NCBI GenBank assembly: GCA_013265495.1
Contig: MU058065.1
Location: 7,626,302-7,690,301 of the forward strand
DNA: 64,000 nucleotides
Source of the DNA: Vicugna vicugna
Taxonomy: Eukaryota
Direction: 5' to 3'
Position 1 is the first letter of the stretch. Each line of letters begins with the position of its first letter. A program made the translations under genes and the position numbers. A model generated the notes under the pieces. The model was not told where the DNA came from. It did not search any database and worked only from the letters and a program-made list of their open reading frames with translations. Positions 1 to 11,983 of this stretch are shown here, piece by piece.

Positions 1-419
1 GTTCTGGAGTTGTTCAGAAACACTTGGTTCTCAACGAATGCCCAAATGGTACTTAAGGAAAACAAGGAAGCACCCATTGGCAGAACTGTCACACAGCTTT
101 TCAGTCAGTCAGCATGTGGTTTTGGGCCCCGTCCCCCATCCCAGTTGAGATGGATTTGAGCTGTCAGGAATACCAAGAGATCATCAGCCCAGAAGAGTTA
201 GAATGGCCATCTTCAAAAAATTGAAGAGCTGTAAATGTTTTTACAGAGAACTTAGAGGACCCGCAGGTTTTGTCAGTTCACCCATTTCTCTTCTTTATAC
301 CTCTGTGCTTCCCATGATCTCTATCTTCTGCCTACATCTTGGGTCATATCATGCACCATCTTTTAGGGGACACTGTACCATAACCCCTGATATGTCAGGG
401 GGAAAGACAGAGATATATA

Positions 420-533
420 TTTTTTAATTCTTATTTTTTATTGATGTGTAGTCGACTTTCAATGTTAGTTTCATGTGTACAGCAAAGTGATTCAGTTATA
501 CATATTCATATTTTTTTTCAGATTCTTTTCCAT
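420..533 (-). mobile_element. L1 3' terminal fragment (artiodactyl/camelid type)
   Basis: T-rich tail followed by ttgatgtgtagtcgactttcaatgttagtttcatgtgtacagcaaagtgattcagttatacata; the same motif begins the L1 at 54009. Confidence 0.8.
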
Positions 534-1403
534 TCCATTTCTAATAGTGAGTAGAGGTATCTTCTTGATGGTTCCCCAGAGTGTGGTGGATAGTAAACTA
601 CATTCATCCACATCATCTCTAGCCAGTATATACTACATTTTCAACCCAAGTACAATAGAGATTGTCAGAGTTGAGAAAGGAATAAAAGTAAGAACTTCAT
701 AAAGCCTAAACAGTGAGTTAGCAAAGAGCAGAGGAAACAGTAAGGTGAAAAGAGGGAAGGAAAAGAAGAAAATGTTGTCATCTTGTAGCATGTTCATCAT
801 CTTGGACCCAGCCCGGTGAGAAGATACTGGCAGGCTGACAGAGGCTACCTTATGTGCCATGTTGGCATCAGAGCAGCTGTTGGCAATTACAGCAGCAGGA
901 CTGTCCACCCCAGACAAACTATGCTAAAACTACTGGTCAGAACGGAAATGGAGAGATTTACTCCTGTACTGGCCCAGACTTGGCAGCACAGTTTCCCAGA
1001 CTATGTAGCCAGTAGGTCCTACTGAGTGAGTGGTGGAGAGGGAGTAACCACCTTCTTGGGAATTGATGGCTTAATGCCATGGGCTTTCTCATCACAGCTA
1101 AAAGGCTGACAGTGGAGATAAAGGATAGTAGCTACTTACTTAATCTGATTGATTAGGCCATAAATATTCAGAAGGGGTCAAGATGAGGACCATCTTCAGC
1201 AGAAGCCCAGAGTTTATGGCCAAATACAAGTCCATCCACCCAACTCTAAGAGACTGTAAAGAAGGAAAGCATCTCAAATAGGTAGAGTATTAACAAGAAA
1301 CGACAGAGTTCAGGCGAAACACTCACACATATACACCATTCTTATATGTGAGTAAAGCCAGATAAATGTTATTGTTCAAAAAACAGGCATTATGGGATGG
1401 TAG

Positions 1404-1553
1404 AGGGAGGGGAGAAGGGTATAGTTCAGTGGGACAGTGTGTGCTTAGCATAAACAAGGTCCTGAGTTAAATGCCCAGTACCTCTATTAAAAATCAATCA
1501 ATCAGTCAATCAATCAACCAATAAACCTAATTCCCCCTACCCCCACCCAAAAA
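1404..1553 (+). mobile_element. tRNA-derived SINE, camelid Vic-1-like
   Basis: gggtatagttcagtggga..gtgcttagcat..aaggtcctgagttaaatgcccagtacctc has degenerate A and B boxes. It is followed by (aatc)n and a taaacctaatt-C-rich tail, with cattatg repeated on both sides. Confidence 0.75.
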
Positions 1554-2399
1554 TCATTATGAAAAGAGGAATTGGGTTAAGAAAAAGAACAGAGGAAAAG
1601 AGGAAGAATAGTCTAGTGGGCTGGGACTCCAACGTCCTGCTTCATGTTCATCAGGATTAAGGGATAGAAAACTGAATCCTGGGATAAAAGAATCAGCGAC
1701 TTTAACAGAATCAGTGCAATATTTCTCTCACCACTCTCAACCCCTATAGCTGGCAGTCATTTGTCATCAACCAGCCTTCTGAGTTCCATTGGTGATGAGC
1801 TGTCTGTCAAAGCCCCTGAATGGAAAACTTTGGATGGACTAGAAGCCATTCTCACTTTGGCAATTGGACAATGCCAGTTAGTTCAAACTTTCTTCATCAG
1901 ATTTTGACACCTGGCCACTATTGCTCCCAGTGAATTCCCACATCCTTGGTGGATTAAAGAGAGATTGCTATGTTCTCCAATCCCAAGTGATTAGAATAAG
2001 GTGAATATCAAACTGAGAAAGAAAAGGAAGAGAAAATGTGGGGATACAAAGGAGGAAGTCACGAGCTAAATCTCAGTAGTTAGATAATACCATGAAATGA
2101 ACCAAGGAATGAATCCGACCAAAAAATAAATTGGGAGAATCCACCATGCTTGGTAACAAGGCAGCCATCCTCAAAGCAGTAGGCCAATTTTGCAGCTACC
2201 ATATTCCAATGCCATCATTAGTTTTATAGAATAGAAACCCTGCAATTTCTTCTTGCCCACTTCCTAATGGGCAAATGCACATTTGGTATTGGAATGATGC
2301 ATACAATTATCCCAAACTAAAAAAAAAAAATCCACAAGACCCCAATTTTTTTTATTACTGTACACAAAAAGATGAGAGTCAAAGAGAAAGAATAACACT

Positions 2400-2613
2400 T
2401 TTGAGCCAAGGAATGCCAAGGATTGCCAGCAACCATCGGAGCTAGGAAGAGGCAAGGAAGGATTCTCCCCTAGAGAATTCAGAGAGAGCACAGCCCAGCC
2501 AACACTTTGCTTTTGAATTTCAAGCCTTCATAACTGTGAGGGAATAAATTTTTTTTGTTTTTTAACCACCCAATTTGTAGTAAGTTGTTACAGCAGACAT
2601 AGGAAACTAATAC
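2400..2613 (+). mobile_element. MaLR LTR 3' part (MLT1C/D-like)
   Basis: gccaaggaatgccaaggattgccagcaacca..ggaagaggcaaggaaggattctcccctagag..ttgttacagcag..ggaaactaataca. Confidence 0.85.
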
Positions 2614-2884
2614 AGTTCCTCTCTCCCATGCTCCCTACGGAAATCTTTTCTCAGCAAAGGCATTGATGGTGGCACACTCTTCCCTGGGGAAGCCTGTAGA
2701 TGAATGAGATCCAGAGGGAACCAGACATTAAAGCTGGGGAGAAAGTTCTACCGGAATGTCCATCCTCAGCAAAACATTCAGGTCCTTTGTGTTTTATAAA
2801 CCTTGAAATTACCCCATAAAATCTGTACTGCTGTTGGGCCATCCCTGCTCAGCAAATTAAGAAAGACAAGGGTAGACATAGACA

Positions 2885-3065
2885 TCTTTACTGAGAGCTT
2901 ATTATATGCCAGGCACTGGTCTATGTGCTGCACATGTAATAGCTCATCAGATCTCCCCAACAATCCTCTAAGGTGGGGATAATTAGGGTCCTTATATTAT
3001 AGGTGAAGAAGTCACCTCAAAGGAGTATGTTAACTTATTCAAAATCAGAGTTAGTAAACCCAGAG
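2885..3065 (-). mobile_element. MIR SINE
   Basis: ttactgagagcttattatatgccaggcactg..aacaatcct..aggtgaagaa, an antisense MIR core. Confidence 0.75.
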
Positions 3066-3080
3066 AGTCCTTGAATGACT

Positions 3081-3720
3081 TTCCTGGCTATTGTAAATAA
3101 TGCTGCAGTGATGCATATATCTTTTTTAATTAGGGTTTTCTTACTTTGGATAAAAACCCAGAAGTGAAATTGCTGGGTTGTATGATAGTTATTAATTTTC
3201 TGGGGAAACTTCATATTGTTTTTCATAGTGGCTGCATCAATTTACATTCCCACCAAAATGCAGGAGGTTCCTTTTCTCTGCATCCTCACCAACACTTGTT
3301 ATTTGTTGTTTTTTTAATGATAGACATTCTGACAGCTGAGGAGTTACCTTATTGTGGTCTTGATTTGCATTTCTCTGATGATTAGTGATACTGAGCATCT
3401 TTTCATGTGTCTATTGCCAATCTGTATGTCTTCACTGGAAAAATGTCTATTCAGGTCTTCTGCCCATTTTTGTTTGTTTATTTGTTTTTTACCTTGAGTT
3501 TTATGAGTTCTATGTGTATTTTGGGTATTAACTTTTTATCATTTGTATCATTTGCAAATATATTCTCCCATTCAGTAGGCTGCTTTTTAATTTTGTTGAT
3601 AGTTTCCTTCATTAAGCAAAAGATTTTTAGTTTGATTAGAACCTATTTGTTTATTTTTGTTTTTGCTTCCCTTGCCTGAGGACATAGATCCAAAAAATAT
3701 TGCTAAGACTGATGTCAAAA
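3081..3720 (-). mobile_element. L1 ORF2 3' region, inverted 5' segment of a twin-primed L1
   Basis: Antisense L1 (ggctattgtaaataatgctgc..ttgatttgcatttctctgatgattagtg..tttgcaaatatattctcccattc). The sense portion resumes at 3721-3773 and 5358-5485. Confidence 0.9.
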
Positions 3721-3773
3721 AAAGCAGCGTACAGTCTCCACGGATAGAATGAGTGGATAAAGAAGATGTAATA

Positions 3774-5343
3774 ATTTCTATGGAAACACAAAACACCTCA
3801 AATAGCCAAAATCGTCTTGAAAAAGGAGAATAGAGCCAGGGAAATCATGCTCCCTGATTTCAGACTATATTACAAATCTATAATAATCAAAACAATATGA
3901 TTTGAACAGACACATAGATCAATGGAACTGGATAGAAAGTCCAGAAACAAATCTTCACATTTAAAGTCAGTTAATCTATAACAAAGGAGGCAAGAATATA
4001 CAATGGAGAAAAGACAGTCTCTTCAACAAGTGGTGATGGGAAAACTGGACAGCTACCTGTAAAGGACTGAAATTAGAACATTCCCTAACACTATATATAA
4101 AAATAAACTCAAAATGGGTTAAAGACATAAATGTAAGACCACATACTATAAAACTTCTAGCAGGAAACATAGGCAGAACACTCTTTGACATAATTCACAA
4201 GAATATTTTTTTCCAAATTAATTCCTGGAGTAATGGAAATAAAAGCAAAAAATAAACAAATGATATCTAATTAAACTTAAAAGCTTTTGCACAGCTACAG
4301 ATATCATCAACAACAAAAACAGACCACACACAGAATGGGGTAAAATATTTGCAAATGATACAACCAACAAGAGACTAGACTAATTTGCATAGTATATAAA
4401 CAGCTCATACACCTTAATATCAAAGAAACAAGGAACCTAATCCAAAAATAGGCAGAAGATCTAAATAGACATCTCCAAAGAGGACATCCAGATAGCCAAC
4501 AAGTATATGAAAAGATGTTCAATATCACTATTTGTTAGAGAAATAAAAATCAAAACTACACCAGTCAGAATGACCATCATTAAAAAGTCCACAAACGATA
4601 AATGTTGGAGAGTGTGTGGAGAGAAAGGAACCCTCCTACACTATTGGTGGGAATGTAAATTGGTACAGCCACTATAGAGGACAGTATGGAAATTCCTCAA
4701 AAAGCTAAAAATAGATTTGCCATATGGTCCAGCAGTCTCACTCCTGGGCATATATCTGGAGGAAAATATAATTGGAAAATATACATGTATCGCAATGTTC
4801 ATAGCAGCACTATTTACAATAGCCAAGACATGGAGACAACACAAATGTCCACTGACAGATGACTGGATAAAGAAGATGTGGTATGTATATACAGTGGAAT
4901 ATTACTCAGTATAAAAAAGAATAAAATAATGCCATTTGCAACAACATAGATGGACCTGGAGATTGCCATTCTAAGTGGATTAAGTCAGGAAGAGAAAGGA
5001 AAATACCATATGGTACTGCTTACATGTGGAATCTAAAAAAAAAAGGACATGAATAAACTTATCTACAAAACAGAAAAAGACTCACAGACATAAAGAACAA
5101 ACTTATAGTTACCAAGGGTAAAGAGGGTGGGAAGGGAAAAATAGGGAATTCAAAAATTGCTCCTCTTGGGGAGTGATAGATGTGTTAGCTATTTTGATTG
5201 TGGTGATGGTTTCATTGGTGTATACATCTATCAAAATTCATCAAATTGTACATCTGAAATATGTGTAGTTTACTGTACAGGAATAATACCACAATAAGGG
5301 AGTTTAAAAAAGAAATTAAGAATTAAAATATATCCTATACATT
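3774..5343 (+). mobile_element. 5'-truncated L1 (ORF2 C-terminus and 3'UTR) inserted into the older L1
   Basis: Decayed ORF2 ([34 protein letters not shown]). Candidate TSD at 3760-3773 and 5344-5357. Confidence 0.9.
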
Positions 5344-5363
5344 AAAAAGATGCAATATCTGCC

Positions 5364-5372
5364 TATCTATCC

Positions 5373-5415
<43 letters not shown>

Positions 5416-5424
5416 CACACACAC
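5364..5424 (+). repeat. (TATC)n microsatellite followed by a short (CA)n
   Basis: Read directly from the sequence. Confidence 0.95.
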
Positions 5425-7179
5425 AATGAATTATTACTCAGAAAAAAAACCCTGAAATCTTGCCATTTGTGACACCATGGAGAGCAGAACGTCACCCATG
5501 GTCAATGGCTGAGTGGAAGTAATGCTGGATTAACAGTCTTAATACCTGGATTCTGGATTCTGCTCTACCACTAAACTAATATCTGTATGGGTGAAGTGAG
5601 AGCCCCTAACTCAGGTGATCCCTGTGTTTCCATCCTCCACTGATACTCTGCAATTCTACAAAACACATAGAGCACCACTCTTGGTGTGAAAGCTGGCCTC
5701 TTGGCTTGAGGGGTCCCACACTGCACCCCGAGTCCTGCCCAGACCAAGAGGAATAGTAGGGGCCAACAGTCAGGCAGCTGTCCACTTACCTATATCAAGA
5801 ACAACGCTTTTTACTTAGGATATGGTCAGTCACATTTGCAGAGTAGATTTTTCTAGACCCATGCCTCCTGTGAGAAGGGTTTAATTTTCCTAGAGGGGTG
5901 AAGGAACAATCCCTAATTCCCGAAGCAAACCCTTACTGAAACATGATCTGGGCCCAGCACCAAGCCATCATAAGACCCAAACCAAAAGAAGCCTAGAGAT
6001 GAAAATGAGAGGAAATTATACCAACAAAAATATATATCTCTTACTACTATTTATGTCTGTCATAAAGATTCCGTTGATTGTCGTAACATCATACGCGCTC
6101 AAGAAAGCAAATACCACAAGAGCCAAAATCCGTGATTTCTCCCAACCACCAAGCGCCAGTTGTAAACCAAGACACCCTGGTTCAGCATGACTGCTCCTCA
6201 TGGGCAGCTATTCCCAGGTTGTATTTTGATTTGGGCCGAAGTCTGAGCATGGCAAGTGTGCAGCTGGCGGGTTTGTTTGGCTCCTGTTCAGATTCAGTAC
6301 CATGCAGTCTCCCCGAAAATACGGACGTTATTGTGATTGGACTTAGCATGTCTAATTTTCACTTTTCTGTTGTAGGGAGAAAGAGTTTGATTTAAACCAT
6401 GAGCTTCATAAGGTCAGGGGCTATGTGTTGTATTCTTTTATCTCCAAGAAGTAGCCTAATGATTGTCACGTAAGTGTTCAATAACTTGTTAAGTGAATTC
6501 GTAAGTATTTTTGGTGGTGTATGCTGTCCTCTCCTTGCCCACCCCCTGCCCCTGACACACACGTATTAGCTTACCTAGCCGGGACCTGATTCTGATGGGT
6601 ACTCAAAGCAAAGGACAAAACAGCAGCCTCACACATGTACACAGCACAGCTGTTATAGTGCAACACCCTGCCCACCGCCTTCTGCAAGAATAGAGATTTT
6701 CTTCTCCAGTGGAGGGAGAAAAGTCTTTGTAAAACTCATCTCAGTTTCTTCTTTGTCTTTCTCCTTGGTAAGACTTCAACTCTGGCAATCTCATTGGGAC
6801 CATCCTTAGCCCTAAAAGTTTAAGCAATGCCCTGGAGAAAGGGACAAAGGCATGGCAGCTTAGGATCTATGGCAGACTCTGCCCTAAGGAAGAAGAATCA
6901 AAGAGAAGAGAGAAATTTTCAAAATCTCCATGCTACAAGCCCAGATCACACTGTTTGGGACGTAATACTGGTCATACTGGTCCAGAATTTTGCTGGAGAA
7001 TTCCCTGGGTGGCTTCTCTCAGGAGCCCAGCATGGCAGATTAACTGGGCAAGGTACCAGGCGATAAGTAGTTGAGAGAGACTACTAGTGTATGAACCTTA
7101 GTAGGGGTTCTCAACATTCTGAAGGAGATAGTTGCTATGAGTCTTACCAAAACTCTGGAGTCCAAGTGGCCTACACAAT

Positions 7180-10050
7180 GGCAGACAGACAGACTTTCCA
7201 GTTTGCCTGGGAGAGTTTCTGTTTATGCTTACAGTCCTACTGTCTTTTCCTGTTTAACATTTGTTTTGGATTTTTCACCTTCCAACAAGATATCATCATT
7301 AACAGTTGCCTTAAAAAGCACCATGGGGATTTGGTTGAATTCTGTTGTGGACTTCCAGCTTCCTTCATGGTCACGTTGAGGGGTGTGTAAAACACATTTT
7401 AGTATATGATCACATTTGAAAGTGACCAGCAATAATTCTTACTTCCCTGACTTTCCACATGTAACATAATGGATATCTTTCTTTCAGTGAGAGCATGTGG
7501 GATGCTCTCTGATAAAATAAAATGCTTGGGCATGAGCAGCAGGGGACAGGTGACTTCCTTAGTTCTCAGAAAGTAGTGGGAGGAAGATACAAGGGCTGTA
7601 CCCATGCTAGTCACTTGGTGTGCCAGTTTCTGGGATGTATGTTAAGTGCTGTAGGAAGTTGACAGCCCAGCGGTTGGTGAGGGTCAGGAGAAAATGTGGG
7701 AACTTTTGGGTTGTATACCTGAGATATCTGGAGGACATACAGTGAGAGCCGTGCACTGGAAAGTGTACAGAGAGTACTGAACGTCCTGGCTACAATAGTT
7801 TGCCCTGCGGCCTTATTTATTATATGATATACCCCTATAACTGTTTTTTTTAATTTTATTGTTTCATTATGCTTTTTATTTGACAAAGAATCCTTTGGCA
7901 GCAATAAAGAAAAGAAATAAGAGCCAAAGTTTAATAAAAAAATAGGTATTGAATTTCCATTTCTCAAGAAAGTTGACAGTGAAGAGGAAATAGGCACAAA
8001 ATGTTTGTCAACATGAACCATCCATCGTGGGAGCTGAAGTGACATCACTACTCACACGGAAACTAGAAAACACAAATCTGTTGAAGAATCATTGGTGTCT
8101 CTCTGACAAGTTAGTGGTTATTTTAGGAAGAATGTTCCTGGAGATGGCAATTTAACATGTGCAGTTACAGTGTATTTATGTCATTCAGAGAAGCATGACT
8201 TTTCATTTAGATCAAATGACTCTTCTAAATTCATCTTGCTCATTTTTGATTCCAATTTTCCTTATGCGTGTATGAAAAAAAGAGGTTGTGTGTTGGCTTC
8301 ATTAACAGGACAACTTGTCAAATAATTAAATGAGAGCAATTTTATATGTGTCATAGATATTTCCAACAGAAAATCAGTTATTTCCAAGTATGCTTTTCTT
8401 CATTCAATCCATGGAATCAAACTAAAACTTTTTAAAGTTCATTAAGTAAAACATCTGATATAACTGTGAATGCTGCTGTAAATTCAGCCAAAAAGTGCAA
8501 TATTGAAGATAAATTTAATTTTTGTAATGAGTATATAAATACAAATTATATGTGGAGAGTGTCACAGTAAAAAAAAAACAAACAAAAAACAATGTTATGA
8601 AATTAAGAAGATAGTGGATTAAAATATATTTGAAATAGGTTGCAATACACAGATAATTTGCAATTTTGTTCAAACTTCAATGTTTCAATGTCTAAAATAA
8701 TAGCTGTAGCATGGAATGTTTTGTAGCACCAGAAAGTAAGGACTTACTAAAAAAAAAAGAAAACACCACAATAATGGGGGTACATGAGAGGAACACGGAC
8801 AGGAGCCAGCACAAAGAGCTCTCTGTGTCCAAAGGTGGAACAACTTGAGCAAAAAAGTAAATAACATAGGATTGGGTTATAGTCCAAAGTATAAAATAAA
8901 TATCCACAAGTTCATACTGAAGTAAATAAATAAGTGGGAAAGTGATGACATATATGTCTCACAAAATTCCAAGTAATTCCGATACCTCCTCCTACAGGAG
9001 GACTTAAACACCCACCACGTCTGCCGTTGAGTATGCACTGCACTTAGTGACTGACTTCCACAGAGTAGACTACAGAAAGGGAGAAAAGACACCTTCACAG
9101 TAGAGACCCCTGGCAAAGACTGTGAATCAGGCAATCAAGGTTAACCTCACCAGTGGTGTTATGCTGACAGCATGTGCCTCTGAATGGTGTGATACAAAGA
9201 GCACTTCAGCTCTGCAGACTTCCCCCCTAAAACCCTTAGCCCCAGGCTATCATGAGAAACACATCAGACAAACTCAAATTGAGGGACATTCTACAAAATA
9301 ACTGGACCTAAAACTCCGAAGGAAAGACATAGAAATTGTCACAGACCATAGGAGACTAAGGCAATATGGCAAAATATGATGTATCCTGGATGGGATCCTA
9401 GGAGAGAAGAAACATATTAGTAGAAAAATTAGTCTAATCTTAATAAAGTATAGAGTTCAGTTAATAGTAATGTTGGTTTCTTATGTCACAATTACGTATG
9501 ATATTAACAATGAGACAAATTGAAAGAGGGGCATAGGGGAACTCTCTGGACTATCTTTGCAACTTTTCCACAAATCTAACATTATTCCAAAATAAAAAAA
9601 AAATTATTAAACTTAGCAGCTGCAGTGGAAAAATTTTAGAAATATTTTAATATACACACAGAAAAATTCCACTACATATTTTTGTGACAAAGCTGACATT
9701 GAATACAAAGCAATAATTTAGCGTGGCAGAACACACGTTTACTCTTCGCTACTCCTCATGAGTCACATTATAGAAACATTTAATCTATTAAGGAATTACT
9801 TAGTAAATCAACCTAAGGGTCTTTAGGTTTTTTGTGAGCAAGCTCTTTAAATTTTGTTTGTATTTGACTCAAAATATACTGAAAGTGTTTTAAAGTATTC
9901 AATGGGTAGAAAGCATTAGGAGTTTTTAACTGAATTCTAATTGTTGACAACAAAGATTAAAAATGGGAAGACATTGAAATGTATCCCATTAAAATAAAAG
10001 GAAGAATTAAACAAATGATGAGAGAGTGAGAGAAAGAGAGAGAAATTTTT
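7180..10050 (+). mobile_element. hAT-Blackjack DNA transposon fossil with decayed transposase, interrupted by an L1
   Basis: Left end resembles MER94/Blackjack (ttccagtttgcctgggagagtttctgtttatgc). Manual translation gives EFPFLKKVDSE..KCLST*TIHRGS*SDITTHTETRKHKS (~7950-8090) and KHDFSFRSNDSSK..IFDSNF (~8190-8260). An FCDKADIEYK-like segment follows 9680. Confidence 0.75.
8690..9610 (+). mobile_element. Old L1 3' end (L1MC/L1MD-type)
   Basis: ccaaagtataaaataaatatcca..cacttagtgactgacttcca..catgagaaacacatcagacaaa..gtatcctggatgggatcct..actatctttgcaacttttcc, then an A-tail. Confidence 0.85.
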
Positions 10051-10059
10051 CCATGAGAT

Positions 10060-10161
10060 GAAGTATAGGAGACATACTCACACTAAAAATGTATTTTTTA
10101 TTTATCCAAAATTCAAATTTAGCTAGGATTCCATGTTTTTACCTGCCTAATCTGGCAACCC
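10060..10161 (+). mobile_element. MER53-like hAT MITE, right half
   Basis: gacatactcacactaaaaa..tttatccaaaattcaaatttagctagg..atctggcaaccc terminus. Confidence 0.7.
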
Positions 10162-10284
10162 AAATAGTGGAGAGAAGATTGGCTTCTGGCCCAGCCTCAT
10201 TTATTCGAAACACTTCTGTTAGCCTGGCTCTGTGTTAGGTACCAGGAATAAAAACATTAAAAGACATGAACTTATCATTGAGAG

Positions 10285-10460
10285 ATTCCAGTCCTTAATA
10301 ACTTTTTGTGTGGTCTTAGAGAAGTCACCTAACTTCTCTGAAATCCATGTCTTCATGTGTAACATGGGGATTATTGCAGTCTGAAGCTGATTTATGCACA
10401 AACAGATCTCTGAGTGTGAAGGAATTTTGGAAAAGCCAATGAGTTGGTAGATAAACCTAT
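10285..10460 (+). mobile_element. MIR SINE
   Basis: tgtgtggtcttagagaagtcacctaacttctctgaaatccatgtcttcatgtgtaacatgggga. Confidence 0.65.
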
Positions 10461-11939
10461 GTTTTAATTACTTCACCAAGTATCTTTGGCAACACTGAAA
10501 TTTGGGCAGATTTGTGGGCCAAGTCCCCTACTCAAGTCCTAATTCATCTAATATTTTCACCAGATTCCCTGCTCTAAAGAGACAGCCCACTCTCCCATCT
10601 CTCCATCTTGTCAAAGCTACCGCCCTAGTCTGAACCCCATGCTGGAAAGAGGCAGGAGGGATTCAAAGCCGGCAGTAGCAGTAGGGTAAACAGTTGGACC
10701 CACAAAGACAACTCCTCCTTTGTGTCAACACGGTTCTCTGATGGTGAAACAAGCAGAACAGCTTGACTATGTCAGTGACCTTCTCTAAGTACTCGCTCAG
10801 GGACCCCCGAACCGCATGTTCCATGTAGATCAGGAGGCTGCTTAACGCCTGAGCGAGTATGTCAAAGCTGAAATGCCCCCTCAAAGTTATTGTATCTAGG
10901 GTTCAGATGGGACTGGGACTGAGTATTCCAGAGACTCCAGAGTAAATCCTGATCCCCAGTGTCCCTAGGGAGGGAGCGACCGTGCATTTCCCATTACCTC
11001 CTCCAGCTCCTCCGCATTCACCACGAAGCTAACAAAGTCCTAGCTAAAGGTTAGCAGCTGTAAACATTCTACTAGTAAAGACATCATAGTCTAGTAGGGG
11101 AGGTAGAAACTATGCGATGGTACCTTATATTGTTTTTACATTATTTTTAAGTAGCAAGTAGCACCATCTGACTTAAAAACCTAAGAAGATGACTATGATA
11201 GAAAAACATTTTTTTTCTTAAGACAAGATGCTGTACAGACTAAAGAATGCTGCTAGTCTTGATTCTTCTCGATCTGAGTAGAAAAATCTTTATTTAAATG
11301 GGTTCCTAGATTGAACAAAGCTAGAGAGGTAGTTTTATTCAAAAGTTATTAAAGTTGGCAAAAGTATTCATCAGCTATGCATTTCAAACTTGGAGTGAAA
11401 ACTGATGACAATTATTTCAGCACAAAGTATGAAAAGATGTGACTTGTAGTCACTGGAGATCTGGTAGCCATTCTCCAGCAACTCCTTATCCAGGATCTGA
11501 TGAATACCCTTGATCAGAGTCCAAGAGAAGTCACTGTCAAGGCCAGGAGGGATTTCTCTACTTCAAGATCCTGCTACAGTGGAACCTTCTCTGTCACAAT
11601 CATAGCCCTTCTGTCCCCTGCTGTGTACTCTCGGATTTGGCCTTCTTCCTTGGGGACCCTAACTACTCAGCCTTTGCTGATATGATTGCTCACTGCTCAT
11701 TAGAGTGTCAATTTTTTTAGATTTTTTTTTCAGTTGCCTTCTATATAAGGTTTTCTTCTCTGAAATACTTGCTAAAATGTTCCATTAATTTAGGAATGGC
11801 TTTGGTTGATGCCTGGGTCTCCCATGCTCCGAAGCCCAGGTGTCTGTCCTATATCCATGCTCTGCAGTGAGAGGCGGGAAGAGGCAGTGGGTTATCCACC
11901 ACCTTCTTGCTATCTCTCCATCTGTATAAATGAAATTTC

Positions 11940-11952
11940 CTCTCTCTCTCTC

Positions 11953-11982
<30 letters not shown>
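11940..11982 (+). repeat. (TC)n microsatellite
   Basis: Read directly from the sequence. Confidence 0.95.

Positions 11983-11983
<1 letters not shown>

Noticed and set aside
1415..1485. tRNA gene
   Set aside because: The boxes are degenerate and a SINE tail follows, so this is a SINE head.
10663..10884. Minus-strand ORF segment LLIYMEHAVRGSLSEYL resembling a kinase hinge (subdomain V)
   Set aside because: No other kinase motifs (VAIK, HRD, DFG) or partner exons were seen. Probably coincidental; BLASTX would settle it.
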